Shown here piece after piece: positions 20,361 to 30,544 of a stretch of 64,000 nucleotides of DNA. Position numbers and translations under genes: made by a program. Numbering within the stretch: the first letter of the stretch is position 1; each line of letters begins with the position of its first letter. The notes under the pieces were generated by a model that worked only from the letters and a program-made list of their open reading frames with translations, was not told where the DNA came from and did no database searches. Origin of the DNA: Candidatus Helarchaeota archaeon (GTDB lineage Archaea; Asgardarchaeota; Lokiarchaeia; Helarchaeales; RDOG01); assembly GCA_019058315.1 (NCBI GenBank), contig JAHPZH010000002.1:512001-576000 (forward strand), written 5' to 3'.

Positions 20361-20434
20361 TGAGAGAAATTGTCAGAACTCATAAAGATACCATCACAAA
20401 TCAGGTTGCTCCAAGTCGTCATTCATTTCTCTCA
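20361..20434 (-). ncRNA. Box C/D guide sRNA (candidate tRNA-Met C34 2'-O-methylation guide)
   Basis: Minus strand reads C box ATGACGA, guide CTTGGAGCAAC, D' CTGA, ttt, C' GTGATGG, guide TATCTTTATGAGTT, D CTGA. It is enclosed by a perfect 10-bp terminal inverted repeat (tgagagaaat 20361-70 / atttctctca 20425-34). Confidence 0.88.
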
Positions 20435-20526
20435 TATAATGATTTCAAATATAACTTATTAAATGTATTGAATCAAATAAATCAGTAGAAAAGATAATAA
20501 TAAGATGTGTGAATAAAAATAGAAGA

Positions 20527-20928
20527 TTAAGAGCCTTTTACATTCATAATTTTCTTTTTATTGAGAATTGTCCAATACTCGGCAGTAGCTCCTTCGACAA
20601 GTTTACTTTTGATTTCCTCATCAGTTGGCATATCCACTTCAAACGTTTCATATGTGCTATTATCCATAAGTTGAACAGTATCGGGTGTTATTGATGTAAT
20701 TATACCGGTACTTTTATCTATCAGTGGAACCTCAACATTTGAATGAGATGGAAAAGTAAGGCTCCTTTTATTACGATCAAATAAACCTACACATACTACT
20801 CGAACTTTTGCGTGACCATGTTTACCTGATTTTGAAACATCAACTGAAATTATTCTGCAAGGTTCATCATTGATTAATACAAATCGATTTGCTTTTAATG
20901 ACCCTGCTGATTGTTGTTTTTTAGACAT
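20527..20928 (-). CDS. eif5a: Translation factor aIF5A/eIF5A
   Basis: Hypusine motif SKSGKHGHAK and VQLMD..TYETFE. Confidence 0.98.
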   Translation of the reverse strand: MSKKQQSAGSLKANRFVLINDEPCRIISVDVSKSGKHGHAKVRVVCVGLFDRNKRSLTFPSHSNVEVPLIDKSTGIITSITPDTVQLMDNSTYETFEVDMPTDEEIKSKLVEGATAEYWTILNKKKIMNVKGS

Positions 20929-21032
20929 TGTAATCCTTCTTTTAACTTTATTTTATTAATATTCCCTACACTTTTTAAAATGTTTTTTATTTTAAATAAA
21001 GTAATAATTTTAAGACAATTAAAAAAAAAAAT

Positions 21033-22481
21033 TTGACGCTACGCCAGCACGAAAAAGGTATTCTCGCGATGGAAAAAGATGAATTGATAAAATTAATCAT
21101 TAAAAATGAAAAAATTTATAATAAAATAGGTAAAAAATTCCAAATAACTTTAATAGATGACAAAATTAACCAAGTTTTTCAAATCAACAATACAAATAAT
21201 ATAATATATGCAAAAGTCAGTAGGCGAGGTTGGAGTAGATATGAATGGAACTCATTAAACTCTTTATATAATAAAGGATATTACGTTCCAGAACCAATTT
21301 ATTATATACCAATAGAGACTCCTATTTCTCTCGGTTGGTCATTTGGAGATTTAACACAAGAAAATGGTATTATTTTCTATTATCCAATTACAGGTAACAG
21401 TTTAAAAAAAAGTTATAGTATGGATAAATTAATTTCAGTTCTAAATTTATTACATAATTTTCACAAAGAAAATATCAAATCAAGCAGTCCTATTCAAAAA
21501 TATCAAGAAACTGAAGTTAAACGAGGATTAAAATATGTCAAAGATCTAATATTGGGTGATAACACAAGATTAATAAGAATAATAAAAAGTTATTCAAACT
21601 TACGAATTGATTTTGGGTTAATTCATGGAGATGCTCGCCCAGAACATTTTATTTTTCATAACAACAGAATCGGAATGATTGATTTAGAAGGAACATGTAT
21701 TGGGGACCCGTTTAAGGATTTTGGTATTTTATTAGCTGAACTCTATATCTATAATAAAGACATAAATCTGTTCGATTATAAATTAATGAAAAAATTGTTT
21801 GGTCGTGATCTTTCTGATAACGAGATTCTAAGATTAAATTTCTTTTTAATTAGAAGAATTTTAGTAAAAATGAAATATGGAAAATTAGTAAGAAGTAAAG
21901 AGAATATTATAAAAACACTTAAAACCCTTAGCGAATATGAAAATGAAATTTTGGATAAAAAAGAAAAGAAAATTCTAATTTTAGATACATCTGCTTTTTT
22001 AGGAGGATACAATCCTAATATTATTACTATTAAACAGCATACTATTCCTGAAGTTTTTGATGAAGTAAAAACTCCAATGGTTAAATCTTTAATAGAAATT
22101 TCAGTAGAAACTGGAAAACTCAAGTTAAATTCACCATCATCTCAATTTATCGATGAAGTTAAGTCCATTAGTGAAAAATCTGGGGATAGTTTCGTACTTT
22201 CAGATGTAGATGTAAAGATATTGGCTCTTGCATTAGAAATGGAAAGAAAAGAGGGACTTATTCCTACTCTTATTACTGATGATTATGCAATGCAGAATAT
22301 TGCCGGAAAATTAAATATTAAATTTAAGCCAATACTCGAAAAAGAAATACAAGATTTAATAAAATGGAAGATTTATTGTCCAGGTTGCAAAAAATCATTT
22401 AATAATATTCCAAAAACAAAAATTTGCCCCAATTGTGGAACGAGTTTGAAAAGATTTTCATATAAAAAATCAAAAAGATAG
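21033..22481 (+). CDS. nob1: Fusion of an APH/RIO-like kinase domain and a Nob1 PIN endonuclease with Zn ribbon (likely start ATG 21069)
   Basis: Kinase half: YAK..E, VPEP, HGDARPEH, IDLE, GDPFKD. Nob1 half: ILDTSAFL, EV..EVK, LS..D..ILALA, TDDYAMQN, CPGC...CPNCG. Confidence 0.88.
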   Translation: MTLRQHEKGILAMEKDELIKLIIKNEKIYNKIGKKFQITLIDDKINQVFQINNTNNIIYAKVSRRGWSRYEWNSLNSLYNKGYYVPEPIYYIPIETPISLGWSFGDLTQENGIIFYYPITGNSLKKSYSMDKLISVLNLLHNFHKENIKSSSPIQKYQETEVKRGLKYVKDLILGDNTRLIRIIKSYSNLRIDFGLIHGDARPEHFIFHNNRIGMIDLEGTCIGDPFKDFGILLAELYIYNKDINLFDYKLMKKLFGRDLSDNEILRLNFFLIRRILVKMKYGKLVRSKENIIKTLKTLSEYENEILDKKEKKILILDTSAFLGGYNPNIITIKQHTIPEVFDEVKTPMVKSLIEISVETGKLKLNSPSSQFIDEVKSISEKSGDSFVLSDVDVKILALALEMERKEGLIPTLITDDYAMQNIAGKLNIKFKPILEKEIQDLIKWKIYCPGCKKSFNNIPKTKICPNCGTSLKRFSYKKSKR

Positions 22482-22661
22482 CTACAGCTTAATTTTTATC
22501 TAAAAATATTACATCTCTTTATGAATGACAGTAATAGTGATTAACACAAATTTCTAAAAAACTCGAATTTTACATAAAAAAATTTACATAAATAACTATT
22601 TTTGTTGGTCTAAAAGTCTAAATTCTATTACTCCAATTATTATATTAGAGAATATGAGTAG

Positions 22662-22814
22662 GTGTTTAATTTCTTAGTTAAAATTGAATGTAAAAAATGT
22701 GGAAATGAATTTCATGCAAGTTTGGAACAATTAGAAAATTATTTCTATTGTCCAATTTGTGAATGTCTTGGAAATATCAATCAATTATTTAAAATTATAT
22801 CCATTGAAGCTTGA
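22662..22814 (+). CDS. Small zinc-ribbon protein (50 aa, GTG start), not in ORF track
   Basis: MFNFLVKIECKKCGNEFHASLEQLENYFYCPICECLGNINQLFKIISIEA*, with CKKC...CPIC. Confidence 0.6.
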   Translation: MFNFLVKIECKKCGNEFHASLEQLENYFYCPICECLGNINQLFKIISIEA

Positions 22815-22905
22815 ATCTTTTTTTTTAAATATTATATTCTTTAATTATTTTCATTTTCCGATTAGATAATTTAATTTTTATATCAGTAATATCAAATTTA
22901 GTTAT

Positions 22906-23931
22906 ATGGGAATTACAAATCTTGGGAAAATAATTGAAATAAAGCATATTCAAATGAAAGACTTGCATAAGAAAAGAATAGCGATTGATTCAAATAATAT
23001 TTTATATCAATTTTTGGCTAGAATACGTCAACCGGATGGAACTCCTCTTAAAGATTCCCAAGAGAGGATTACTTCACATTTATCTGGTCTCTTTTTTAGG
23101 ACAATTAATTTATTAGAAAATTCTGTCGAACCAGTCTATGTTTATGATGGTAAACCTACAACTCTAAAGATGCAAGTTCTAGAAGTTAGAAGAGAAAAAA
23201 GGGAAGAAGCAAAAAAAGAATGGAAATCTGCAATAGAAAGAGGAGATCTTGTAGCGGCTAGAAAATATGCCCAAGCTGCTTTATTCTTAACTAGAGATAT
23301 GATTTCAGAAAGTAAAAAATTGTTAGATGCTATGGGAATTCCCTATGTTCAAGCTGTTTCAGAAGGTGAATCACAAGCTGCATATATTGCATCAAAAGGG
23401 GATGTGTGGGCTTCCGCATCTCAAGATTGGGATTCATTGTTGTTTGGAACTCCGCAATTAATAAGAAATCTTACAATAACTGGAAGAAGAAAAATACCTG
23501 GTACTGATAGAACTATAGAAATAAATATTGAAGAAATAAATCTAAAAGATGCTTTGAATGCCCTTTCAATAACTCGTGAACAATTAATTGATATCGGATT
23601 ATTGATTGGTACGGATTTTAATGAAGGAATAAGTGGAATTGGTCCAAAGAAAGCTCTTAAAAATATTCTCGATTATAAAAATATTGAAGGGGTAATAAAA
23701 CAAGGAAAAATTAAAATAGATTTTCCTTATGAAGAAATTCGCGAAATTTTTCTAAATCCAGATGTGACAGATGATTATATTATTAAGTTTAAAGATTATG
23801 ATGACCAAAATATATTAAACCTACTAGTTGATGAGCACAGTTTTAGTGAATCTCGAGTCAACACTGCGATAAAACGTTTAAAAAAGGTAAAAGAAAAAAA
23901 GAAGCAAAAAAGTCTCGATAAATGGTTTTAA
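22906..23931 (+). CDS. fen: Flap endonuclease 1
   Basis: MGI, YQFL..IRQPDG, TSHLSG, YDG, EGESQA, SQDWD, GTDFN.GI.GIGPKKA and the C-terminal PIP box QKSLDKWF. Confidence 0.98.
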   Translation: MGITNLGKIIEIKHIQMKDLHKKRIAIDSNNILYQFLARIRQPDGTPLKDSQERITSHLSGLFFRTINLLENSVEPVYVYDGKPTTLKMQVLEVRREKREEAKKEWKSAIERGDLVAARKYAQAALFLTRDMISESKKLLDAMGIPYVQAVSEGESQAAYIASKGDVWASASQDWDSLLFGTPQLIRNLTITGRRKIPGTDRTIEINIEEINLKDALNALSITREQLIDIGLLIGTDFNEGISGIGPKKALKNILDYKNIEGVIKQGKIKIDFPYEEIREIFLNPDVTDDYIIKFKDYDDQNILNLLVDEHSFSESRVNTAIKRLKKVKEKKKQKSLDKWF

Positions 23932-23955
23932 ATTAAATAATACTTTGAAATATCT

Positions 23956-26900
23956 CTATTTTTTCTTCGTTTTACTTATCTTTTCTTCCATTATTTGCCT
24001 CATTTTCATAGAACGTATTTGTATTCTCCTTATTAGAATATGTAAAAGTATACCTGCTCCAAAAGCTGATACAAAGACGATTATATATGGAAGATAATCC
24101 TCATATTGAGTAGAATATGGAGCATTATAGGATAAAATCAATTCATGTTCAGCAAATCGGTATTTATCTGCTATAAGTAAATATGTTTCTATCGATTTTG
24201 CTGAAATATTTAAATAAACATCAAAGTATCCAGGGAATGGACCTAAAGAATAATAATCATAACCATATATTAAAAATTCTATGGTCATACTTTCATTTGG
24301 AGCAAGCCATGTTTTTTTACCGACATCTCCTATCTGAATTATTGAAAACCAACCTATCTCTAAACCTAATAATGGTTTATCCAGAAAATAAAAGTGGAGG
24401 TTTGAATCAAAATTAAAAAGAGTACAATTTCCAGTATTTGTTACTTCAAAACTTAAATATAGGAAACTTTGAACATATGGAAGAGCACTTAAACCTATTA
24501 GTTCTATCTTTAGGTTTGCTTCAAAATAGGTTTTATTTATAAATATTGTATAATTAGCCGAATTCCCCATTATATCGTATGCTATTAAGGTCAAATTATG
24601 CCTTGAACCCAATTGATATGTTGAAGCATTCCAATAATATGTAAAAGTTCCATCTTCATACCATGTCGCATTCTGCTGAACATAGATTACATTTCCAAAT
24701 GCATCATATTCAATAACCTGCCCTTCTTGCCCCGGAAGGACTTCGCCTATAGTCTCATTAATGTACAACTCGACTTTTTCAATAGATGTAATATTATCTA
24801 ATGCAAAAAAGGTTATAGGAATGATAAAATTCCAACTTCCACTCGATGAAAATACGCTATTATTTTCATATGAAGTAAAATTAATTTCTGGTTTTACATT
24901 ATCAATTCTTGTGTTAAAAGTGGTTGAATTTGAATTTCCTGCTTTATCAAAAACGGTTAATTGTAATGTAACATCCCCATTTGGAAGTTCCGAACTATTG
25001 AAATTAATGTAATTCTCGGTACCTATAGATGCATTTGCCTTAGTTCCATCTGCTGTAACATTCCACATAAAGATTCTTTTAGAATTAGCATAGAGAAAAT
25101 ATTTATTTATTGTAAAGTTAAACTGATCAAAACCTCCAAATCGCATTACTAAACTTTTATTTTCAAGATGATCTGAATACACATCCAATGTTTCATAATA
25201 TTTAACCTTATAGCTAATAAAATCAACACTTATATTAATTGGATTAGAACTATTCACTTTAACGAAAAATTCAATGCGGGAATTATTATTTTCATCAATT
25301 AGGCTTGAGATTTCATTTCTTGTAATATTAAACCATGTTGAAACTGGAGATGTACTATTAAATACTGAATTATTTATAGTTTGAATAGAGTTTGCTGTCC
25401 AATTCCAAATTTGTAACCCTGCAAATTTGATACTGGAATTTGCATAGCTAATATTTGCTACAACACTAATATTTACAGAATAAACATTATCTACAATACT
25501 TAGATTATAATCGCTTAATTCTACTGCGTAAGCCATTAATATTCCTGCACTTTCATTTGAATAACTGTGAGAATAGTTATCTAAGAAATAAGTCGCAGAA
25601 AAAGAATTACGAAAATCGGTAGCATTTAAAATAGTTCCAGTTATTGTGGCATTTTCTAAACATGTCGCGTTGAGTTCAAGAGTATTATTTGTCCGCAAAT
25701 TAAGATATGCACCGAATGGATCCTCATTATCAATATATATGGGATTAATTAAGATGGTTTGATTTAGACCCTCTCTATTTAAAATTATTAAACTAATATT
25801 ATGAGTGTTATTTTGTGTCTCTGTTCCGTTATAATTCTCAAATGCTGTAACATTCCAATCATGATATACAGATATATTTTGTAAGAAAGGATCTATAGCT
25901 TTTAAATCACCTATATCGTCCCATTTCACTGCATCAGTTGCATTATTATCAATTATCATGGTTATATTAGATATTCCACTTCCAAAATCTAATGCGTTTA
26001 TTTCTATCCTCGCCATTCCACCAACATAACTTCCATTTGATATTGAAGTATTATATTGAGGGGGCGTTACATCGATTATCGAAAATGAGGACTTATTTAA
26101 ACTTGTATTTGTATTTTTACCACTTATATCATAACTTTCAAACCAGAATTCTACATTATCACTTTTATACGTCCACTTTGAACCATCCCAAGCAATACGT
26201 TGCCATGGAAATATTGGAAAATTAGCAGTATAATTATCAGAACCAAAGGCTACTTCAAATCCGATATAATCTACAGATATATTAACTGGATTTGTTGAAG
26301 TTATATTGAGAAATATTTCAATTCGTGAATCATTAGTTTCATCAATATAAGTGGATAAATTATCACCATAAAGAATAATATAATCAGTTGCATTTGTTGT
26401 TGTATTTAAAATTGTCCCATCTATGTCATCTAACTGTTTTGTATTATTATTCCAGATTTGCCATCCTGCCCAAGTTACTCCCGTTGTATTGCTAATGTAT
26501 GCTCGTATGCTGATATTGACAAAATAAGCATATGTGAATATGGATGTATTATATTTACTTAAATTCAAGGAATATGCCATTAGTATCCCACTGGTCCCGT
26601 TTGCATAGCTATGATAAACTCCATCATTAGTTGTGTTAGTTGCATTCACATCATTGATGAAATTCGTAGCATTTAATGTAATATTATTAATCGTATTGTT
26701 TTCTTCAGCATGTAGGGTCTTATTAAGTTGTTCTGGAACCATTATGATATATTCGGGTCCAGCATGAAAATTTAATTCTGTATCATACCAAAGAGTGACA
26801 TTTTTAACTCTAGTGTCATCAGTAACTGTCACGGTAACATTAGCTGATTCATTAACAACACAAAATAGTGGATCAGAAAGGTTAAAGGGATTATTATTAA

Positions 26901-27102
26901 ATTTCCAATTTGAAATATTAGGTGGTGTAGCATCTAAAATTTTAATATCATCAATGGGAGAATGTTCCCTGTTCTGATTTAAATTTAGCCCAGAAAACAG
27001 ATTAAAGTTATTTAATTGAAGTGTATTACTTATAAAAATACCCCCGAATATAATTAATACTAAAAAGAATGCTTTTGATGATATTTTAGTCACTTTAATC
27101 AT
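23956..27102 (-). CDS. Large single-pass surface glycoprotein with Ig-like beta-sandwich domains
   Basis: N-terminal signal/TM segment, many N-x-S/T sequons, an internally duplicated module (HSY.N...GILMAY...L..YN; NPV/INISVD), D..P/GN Ig-like motifs, C-terminal TM and basic tail. Confidence 0.85.
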   Translation of the reverse strand: MIKVTKISSKAFFLVLIIFGGIFISNTLQLNNFNLFSGLNLNQNREHSPIDDIKILDATPPNISNWKFNNNPFNLSDPLFCVVNESANVTVTVTDDTRVKNVTLWYDTELNFHAGPEYIIMVPEQLNKTLHAEENNTINNITLNATNFINDVNATNTTNDGVYHSYANGTSGILMAYSLNLSKYNTSIFTYAYFVNISIRAYISNTTGVTWAGWQIWNNNTKQLDDIDGTILNTTTNATDYIILYGDNLSTYIDETNDSRIEIFLNITSTNPVNISVDYIGFEVAFGSDNYTANFPIFPWQRIAWDGSKWTYKSDNVEFWFESYDISGKNTNTSLNKSSFSIIDVTPPQYNTSISNGSYVGGMARIEINALDFGSGISNITMIIDNNATDAVKWDDIGDLKAIDPFLQNISVYHDWNVTAFENYNGTETQNNTHNISLIILNREGLNQTILINPIYIDNEDPFGAYLNLRTNNTLELNATCLENATITGTILNATDFRNSFSATYFLDNYSHSYSNESAGILMAYAVELSDYNLSIVDNVYSVNISVVANISYANSSIKFAGLQIWNWTANSIQTINNSVFNSTSPVSTWFNITRNEISSLIDENNNSRIEFFVKVNSSNPINISVDFISYKVKYYETLDVYSDHLENKSLVMRFGGFDQFNFTINKYFLYANSKRIFMWNVTADGTKANASIGTENYINFNSSELPNGDVTLQLTVFDKAGNSNSTTFNTRIDNVKPEINFTSYENNSVFSSSGSWNFIIPITFFALDNITSIEKVELYINETIGEVLPGQEGQVIEYDAFGNVIYVQQNATWYEDGTFTYYWNASTYQLGSRHNLTLIAYDIMGNSANYTIFINKTYFEANLKIELIGLSALPYVQSFLYLSFEVTNTGNCTLFNFDSNLHFYFLDKPLLGLEIGWFSIIQIGDVGKKTWLAPNESMTIEFLIYGYDYYSLGPFPGYFDVYLNISAKSIETYLLIADKYRFAEHELILSYNAPYSTQYEDYLPYIIVFVSAFGAGILLHILIRRIQIRSMKMRQIMEEKISKTKKK

Positions 27103-27242
27103 TCCGGGAGTAAAAATTTTTTCGATTGATAATATTGAACTTGTTTTTACAGTTTTTATTAATTAAACAATTAATAATATTTCCTATTTTCAAGTTAATG
27201 TAAAATCTTAAAAGATGTTTGGTACAAAACGATTAGAAAAGA

Positions 27243-28331
27243 TTAATCTATATCTTCATCAGGGGCACGAACAAAGGCAACTAAGAACACGAATAGAAAA
27301 ATAATTCCTGTTGCTAACATTATTATTGTCATAAGATCAATAGGAGTAGTTTTTAAACCTCCAATTAATGTTGGATACATTCGAAATGCTTCTAATCCTA
27401 AAAATAGAATCATTACAAAATATCCAAAAAAAGGTCTTTTATCATCACCACGTCCAAGACCTTTGAAGAAGCAAATAAACATGACCAAAGTCCCAATTAT
27501 TAAACAAGTCCAATTTATAATTGTCATGATTAATTTTAAAGTGGTTGCAGCAGGAGGTAAGGAATAAATCCAAATAGTTAAAAAAGCTACAAATAGAATT
27601 AATTCTAAAACTTTAATTTCATTTTCGGGAACTTCAGTCATTGCCATCCCACTAAAAGATTCTTTTTCGAATTCTGCCGCACCAGCATATATCATCCAAA
27701 AAAGGGAACCAATAGCTAAAGCGTTTGCAATGATTATAGAAAATTCATAAAAAAATGGAAGGAAATTATTCCAAATTTCCATAATTTGATTAAAAATTAT
27801 AACATATTTTGTGACAAATTCAAAAAGAATTAGAATTGGCATTGCTAGGAATAATCCAAAAATAATTAATGAATAAAATGCTAAGAATGCTTTACCTCGA
27901 TCCCAAGCAAACTCAGAATTTCTAATAATAGCCCACGCAAAACTTGCAAATGCGATAATAACGAAAAATGGTGTAATATATGGGACAATGAACGTTAATA
28001 TCGTGAAAATTCCATTAAATCCATAAAATATCATCCAACGGATAGGAATAACACTTGTAGTTTGTCTAATTTCTGAAAAGGAGTTGGCAAATTTATTTTT
28101 ATAAGCTAGTATAAACATCCACCATACTATAATGAAAAAAATAGGTGTTATAATGGTTCGAATAATAGTTTCAACATCTTTACCGAAATAATACTCAATT
28201 ATATAATAAGTAAAAGGATTGAATGGATCTTGATTTATTAGACCCATTAAAAGGAAGAAATAAACTGGTGTAAGTATAAAAATTATAACAACAGAAAGAC
28301 GTGCAAGATCAATTCCTTTCCATTCTGGCAT
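27243..28331 (-). CDS. Polytopic membrane protein of unknown function
   Basis: About 9-10 hydrophobic segments; no motif recognised. Confidence 0.8.
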   Translation of the reverse strand: MPEWKGIDLARLSVVIIFILTPVYFFLLMGLINQDPFNPFTYYIIEYYFGKDVETIIRTIITPIFFIIVWWMFILAYKNKFANSFSEIRQTTSVIPIRWMIFYGFNGIFTILTFIVPYITPFFVIIAFASFAWAIIRNSEFAWDRGKAFLAFYSLIIFGLFLAMPILILFEFVTKYVIIFNQIMEIWNNFLPFFYEFSIIIANALAIGSLFWMIYAGAAEFEKESFSGMAMTEVPENEIKVLELILFVAFLTIWIYSLPPAATTLKLIMTIINWTCLIIGTLVMFICFFKGLGRGDDKRPFFGYFVMILFLGLEAFRMYPTLIGGLKTTPIDLMTIIMLATGIIFLFVFLVAFVRAPDEDID

Positions 28332-28413
28332 ATTAATCTCCTTTTTTGAATTTTGCTATTATCATAAGTTTTTCAACGTATTAATCTAAAATTTGCATAT
28401 AAATTTATTTTAC

Positions 28414-29226
28414 TTATAATTTGTAATGCTTTTGAACATTTTCTTTAAATCTTTTTGCTGTTGAACTACAAGCATTTGGGAATGATTCTTTAGAATTTAA
28501 CCAAGCATAAATTATCTCCCTTCCATTAGCTGGGAGAGGAATAATATTCTTATATGCATTAAATAGTTTTAAAACCGGATAATTGCCTCTTTGTGCTCCA
28601 AAACCTGGTAAAAGAATAAAATATTTTTTGTTTTTTGGAAATTTCTCTAAAATATCTTTCATTATTTTATTTTTTACTGTGGCACCAATGACGAATCCAT
28701 CAATTCCCCAACTAATACCATCTTCAATAATTTTTTGATATAATTTCCTCCCATCAAATAATTCAATATTAAAATAATCGTCTGCTCCCTTATGAGACAT
28801 AAAAGCTAGGGAAATTACAGTCATTTTATATTTTTTAGCATCATCTAAAATATTTTTAACTCCTTCTTCATATCCTATTATTTGATGGATTGTTATGCCT
28901 TCGAAACCCATTTTATTAAGGTTATATAGTGCATGTTTATTAGATGACCCTATATCTCCAAGTTTATAGTCAACCCAAGGAATACAATCTTTTTCTTTTA
29001 TATATCTTACTAGTTTTTTTATTGTTTCTTCAGCAAAATCAGCTATAAATTGATAATTAATTTTAATTATAGAAAAATATTCAGAAGTAGCATCAATTAC
29101 TTTTTTCGTAAAAGATTCTCGGCTTTCTCCCGAAGGAAAAGGAAATTCATTTGGAAGAAATTCTCCTCGGCGGATATCTAAATTAAGAACTAAATTAGTT
29201 CCTTTTTTCATAATAGTTTTGTACAT
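28414..29226 (-). CDS. pyrF: Orotidine-5'-phosphate decarboxylase
   Basis: NLD, KINYQF, DYKLGDIG (DxKxxDI), VIGAT, LLPGFGAQ, GREII. Confidence 0.9.
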   Translation of the reverse strand: MYKTIMKKGTNLVLNLDIRRGEFLPNEFPFPSGESRESFTKKVIDATSEYFSIIKINYQFIADFAEETIKKLVRYIKEKDCIPWVDYKLGDIGSSNKHALYNLNKMGFEGITIHQIIGYEEGVKNILDDAKKYKMTVISLAFMSHKGADDYFNIELFDGRKLYQKIIEDGISWGIDGFVIGATVKNKIMKDILEKFPKNKKYFILLPGFGAQRGNYPVLKLFNAYKNIIPLPANGREIIYAWLNSKESFPNACSSTAKRFKENVQKHYKL

Positions 29227-29435
29227 TATAAAGAAAATGTTTGCTATTGTATTTATTGTTTTTCATTTATTGAGAGGTAATTTTTAATTAAATAAGACTT
29301 TATATCAAATTATTTGTTCATTTAATTGCTGAAATTTCTTCATACTATTGAAAAGTTAAATTTTTAAGATAGATTTTTATTTTTTTGAGTTAAATATGTT
29401 GTTTATTATAATAAGAAAATTTAGGCGAAATTAAA

Positions 29436-30518
29436 ATGGCGAAAGAAATTCGAGTTGCCATAAGTGGTCTTGGTAATTGTGCAGCTAGTTTAATTCAAGG
29501 TGTTTATTATTATCAGAATGCACCCGAAGATAAAGAGATTCCCGGATTAATGCATGTAAATTTTGGTGGATATCATGTAAACAGTATTAAATTTGTTGCA
29601 GCATTTGAAGTAAATAAATTGAAAATTGGACAAGATTTGAGTGAAGCAATAAATGCAGACCCTAATTGTACTGCTAGATTTTTTGAAGTTCCTAAACAAG
29701 GAGTTACAGTTTTACCAGGACCCATTAGTGATGGTGTAGCATCCCATATGATCGAACCTTTTCATTGCTATGATCCTAAAGAAACCGAACCTGTTGATCT
29801 TGTGGAAGCACTTCATGCTGCAAAGGCTGATATGTTAGTAAATTATTTACCAGTAGGTAGTCATGAGGGGGCAAAAACATATGCCCAGGCAGCATTAGAT
29901 GCAGGAATTGCTTATGTAAATTGTATTCCAGAATTTATCGCATCAGATGCGACTTGGAGTAAGAAATTTGAAGATGCTGGAATACCTGTAGCTGGTGATG
30001 ATATTAAATCTCAAGTGGGGGCTACCATAGTTCATAGAACTTTAGCTGACCTACTTGTAAAGCGTGGTGTTAAATTAGAAGAGACTTATCAACTGAACAT
30101 TGGCGGCAATACTGATTTTTTAAACATGACCGAAGAAGCTAGGCTTATATCAAAACGTATAAGTAAAACTAAAGCAGTTACTAGTCTAGTTCCTTATGAA
30201 GTTCCAGTGAGAATTGGCCCTTCGGATTATGTTGAATTTCTTGGAGATAAAAAAATATGTTATATTCATATGAAGGGAAGAAAATTTGGAGACCAACCTA
30301 TAACTCTAAATGTAAAATTATCAGTTGAGGATTCGCCTAACTCTGCTGGTGTTGTTATTGATGCCGTTAGAGCCGTAAAACTGGCGCTTGACAGAAAAAT
30401 TGGAGGAGCTTTATTGGGAATTTCATCATATTCATTTAAACATCCCCCAATTCAAGTTCCGGATAGTGAAGCTTATCTCTGGGTCGAGGATTTCATCCAA
30501 GGTAAGCGAGAAAGATAA
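29436..30518 (+). CDS. ino1: myo-Inositol-1-phosphate synthase
   Basis: GLGNCA, NYLPVGS, GDDIKSQVGAT, QLNIGGNTDF, DSPNSAG. Confidence 0.96.
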   Translation: MAKEIRVAISGLGNCAASLIQGVYYYQNAPEDKEIPGLMHVNFGGYHVNSIKFVAAFEVNKLKIGQDLSEAINADPNCTARFFEVPKQGVTVLPGPISDGVASHMIEPFHCYDPKETEPVDLVEALHAAKADMLVNYLPVGSHEGAKTYAQAALDAGIAYVNCIPEFIASDATWSKKFEDAGIPVAGDDIKSQVGATIVHRTLADLLVKRGVKLEETYQLNIGGNTDFLNMTEEARLISKRISKTKAVTSLVPYEVPVRIGPSDYVEFLGDKKICYIHMKGRKFGDQPITLNVKLSVEDSPNSAGVVIDAVRAVKLALDRKIGGALLGISSYSFKHPPIQVPDSEAYLWVEDFIQGKRER

Positions 30519-30544
30519 TTACTAATGAAAATCATTAAAATAAA

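Noticed and set aside
23956-24060. Eukaryotic sorting signals (KxKxx here; YxxPhi and dileucine in the tails of the other giant surface proteins)
   Set aside because: The motifs are present but too short and degenerate in Lys-rich tails to be meaningful without conservation data.
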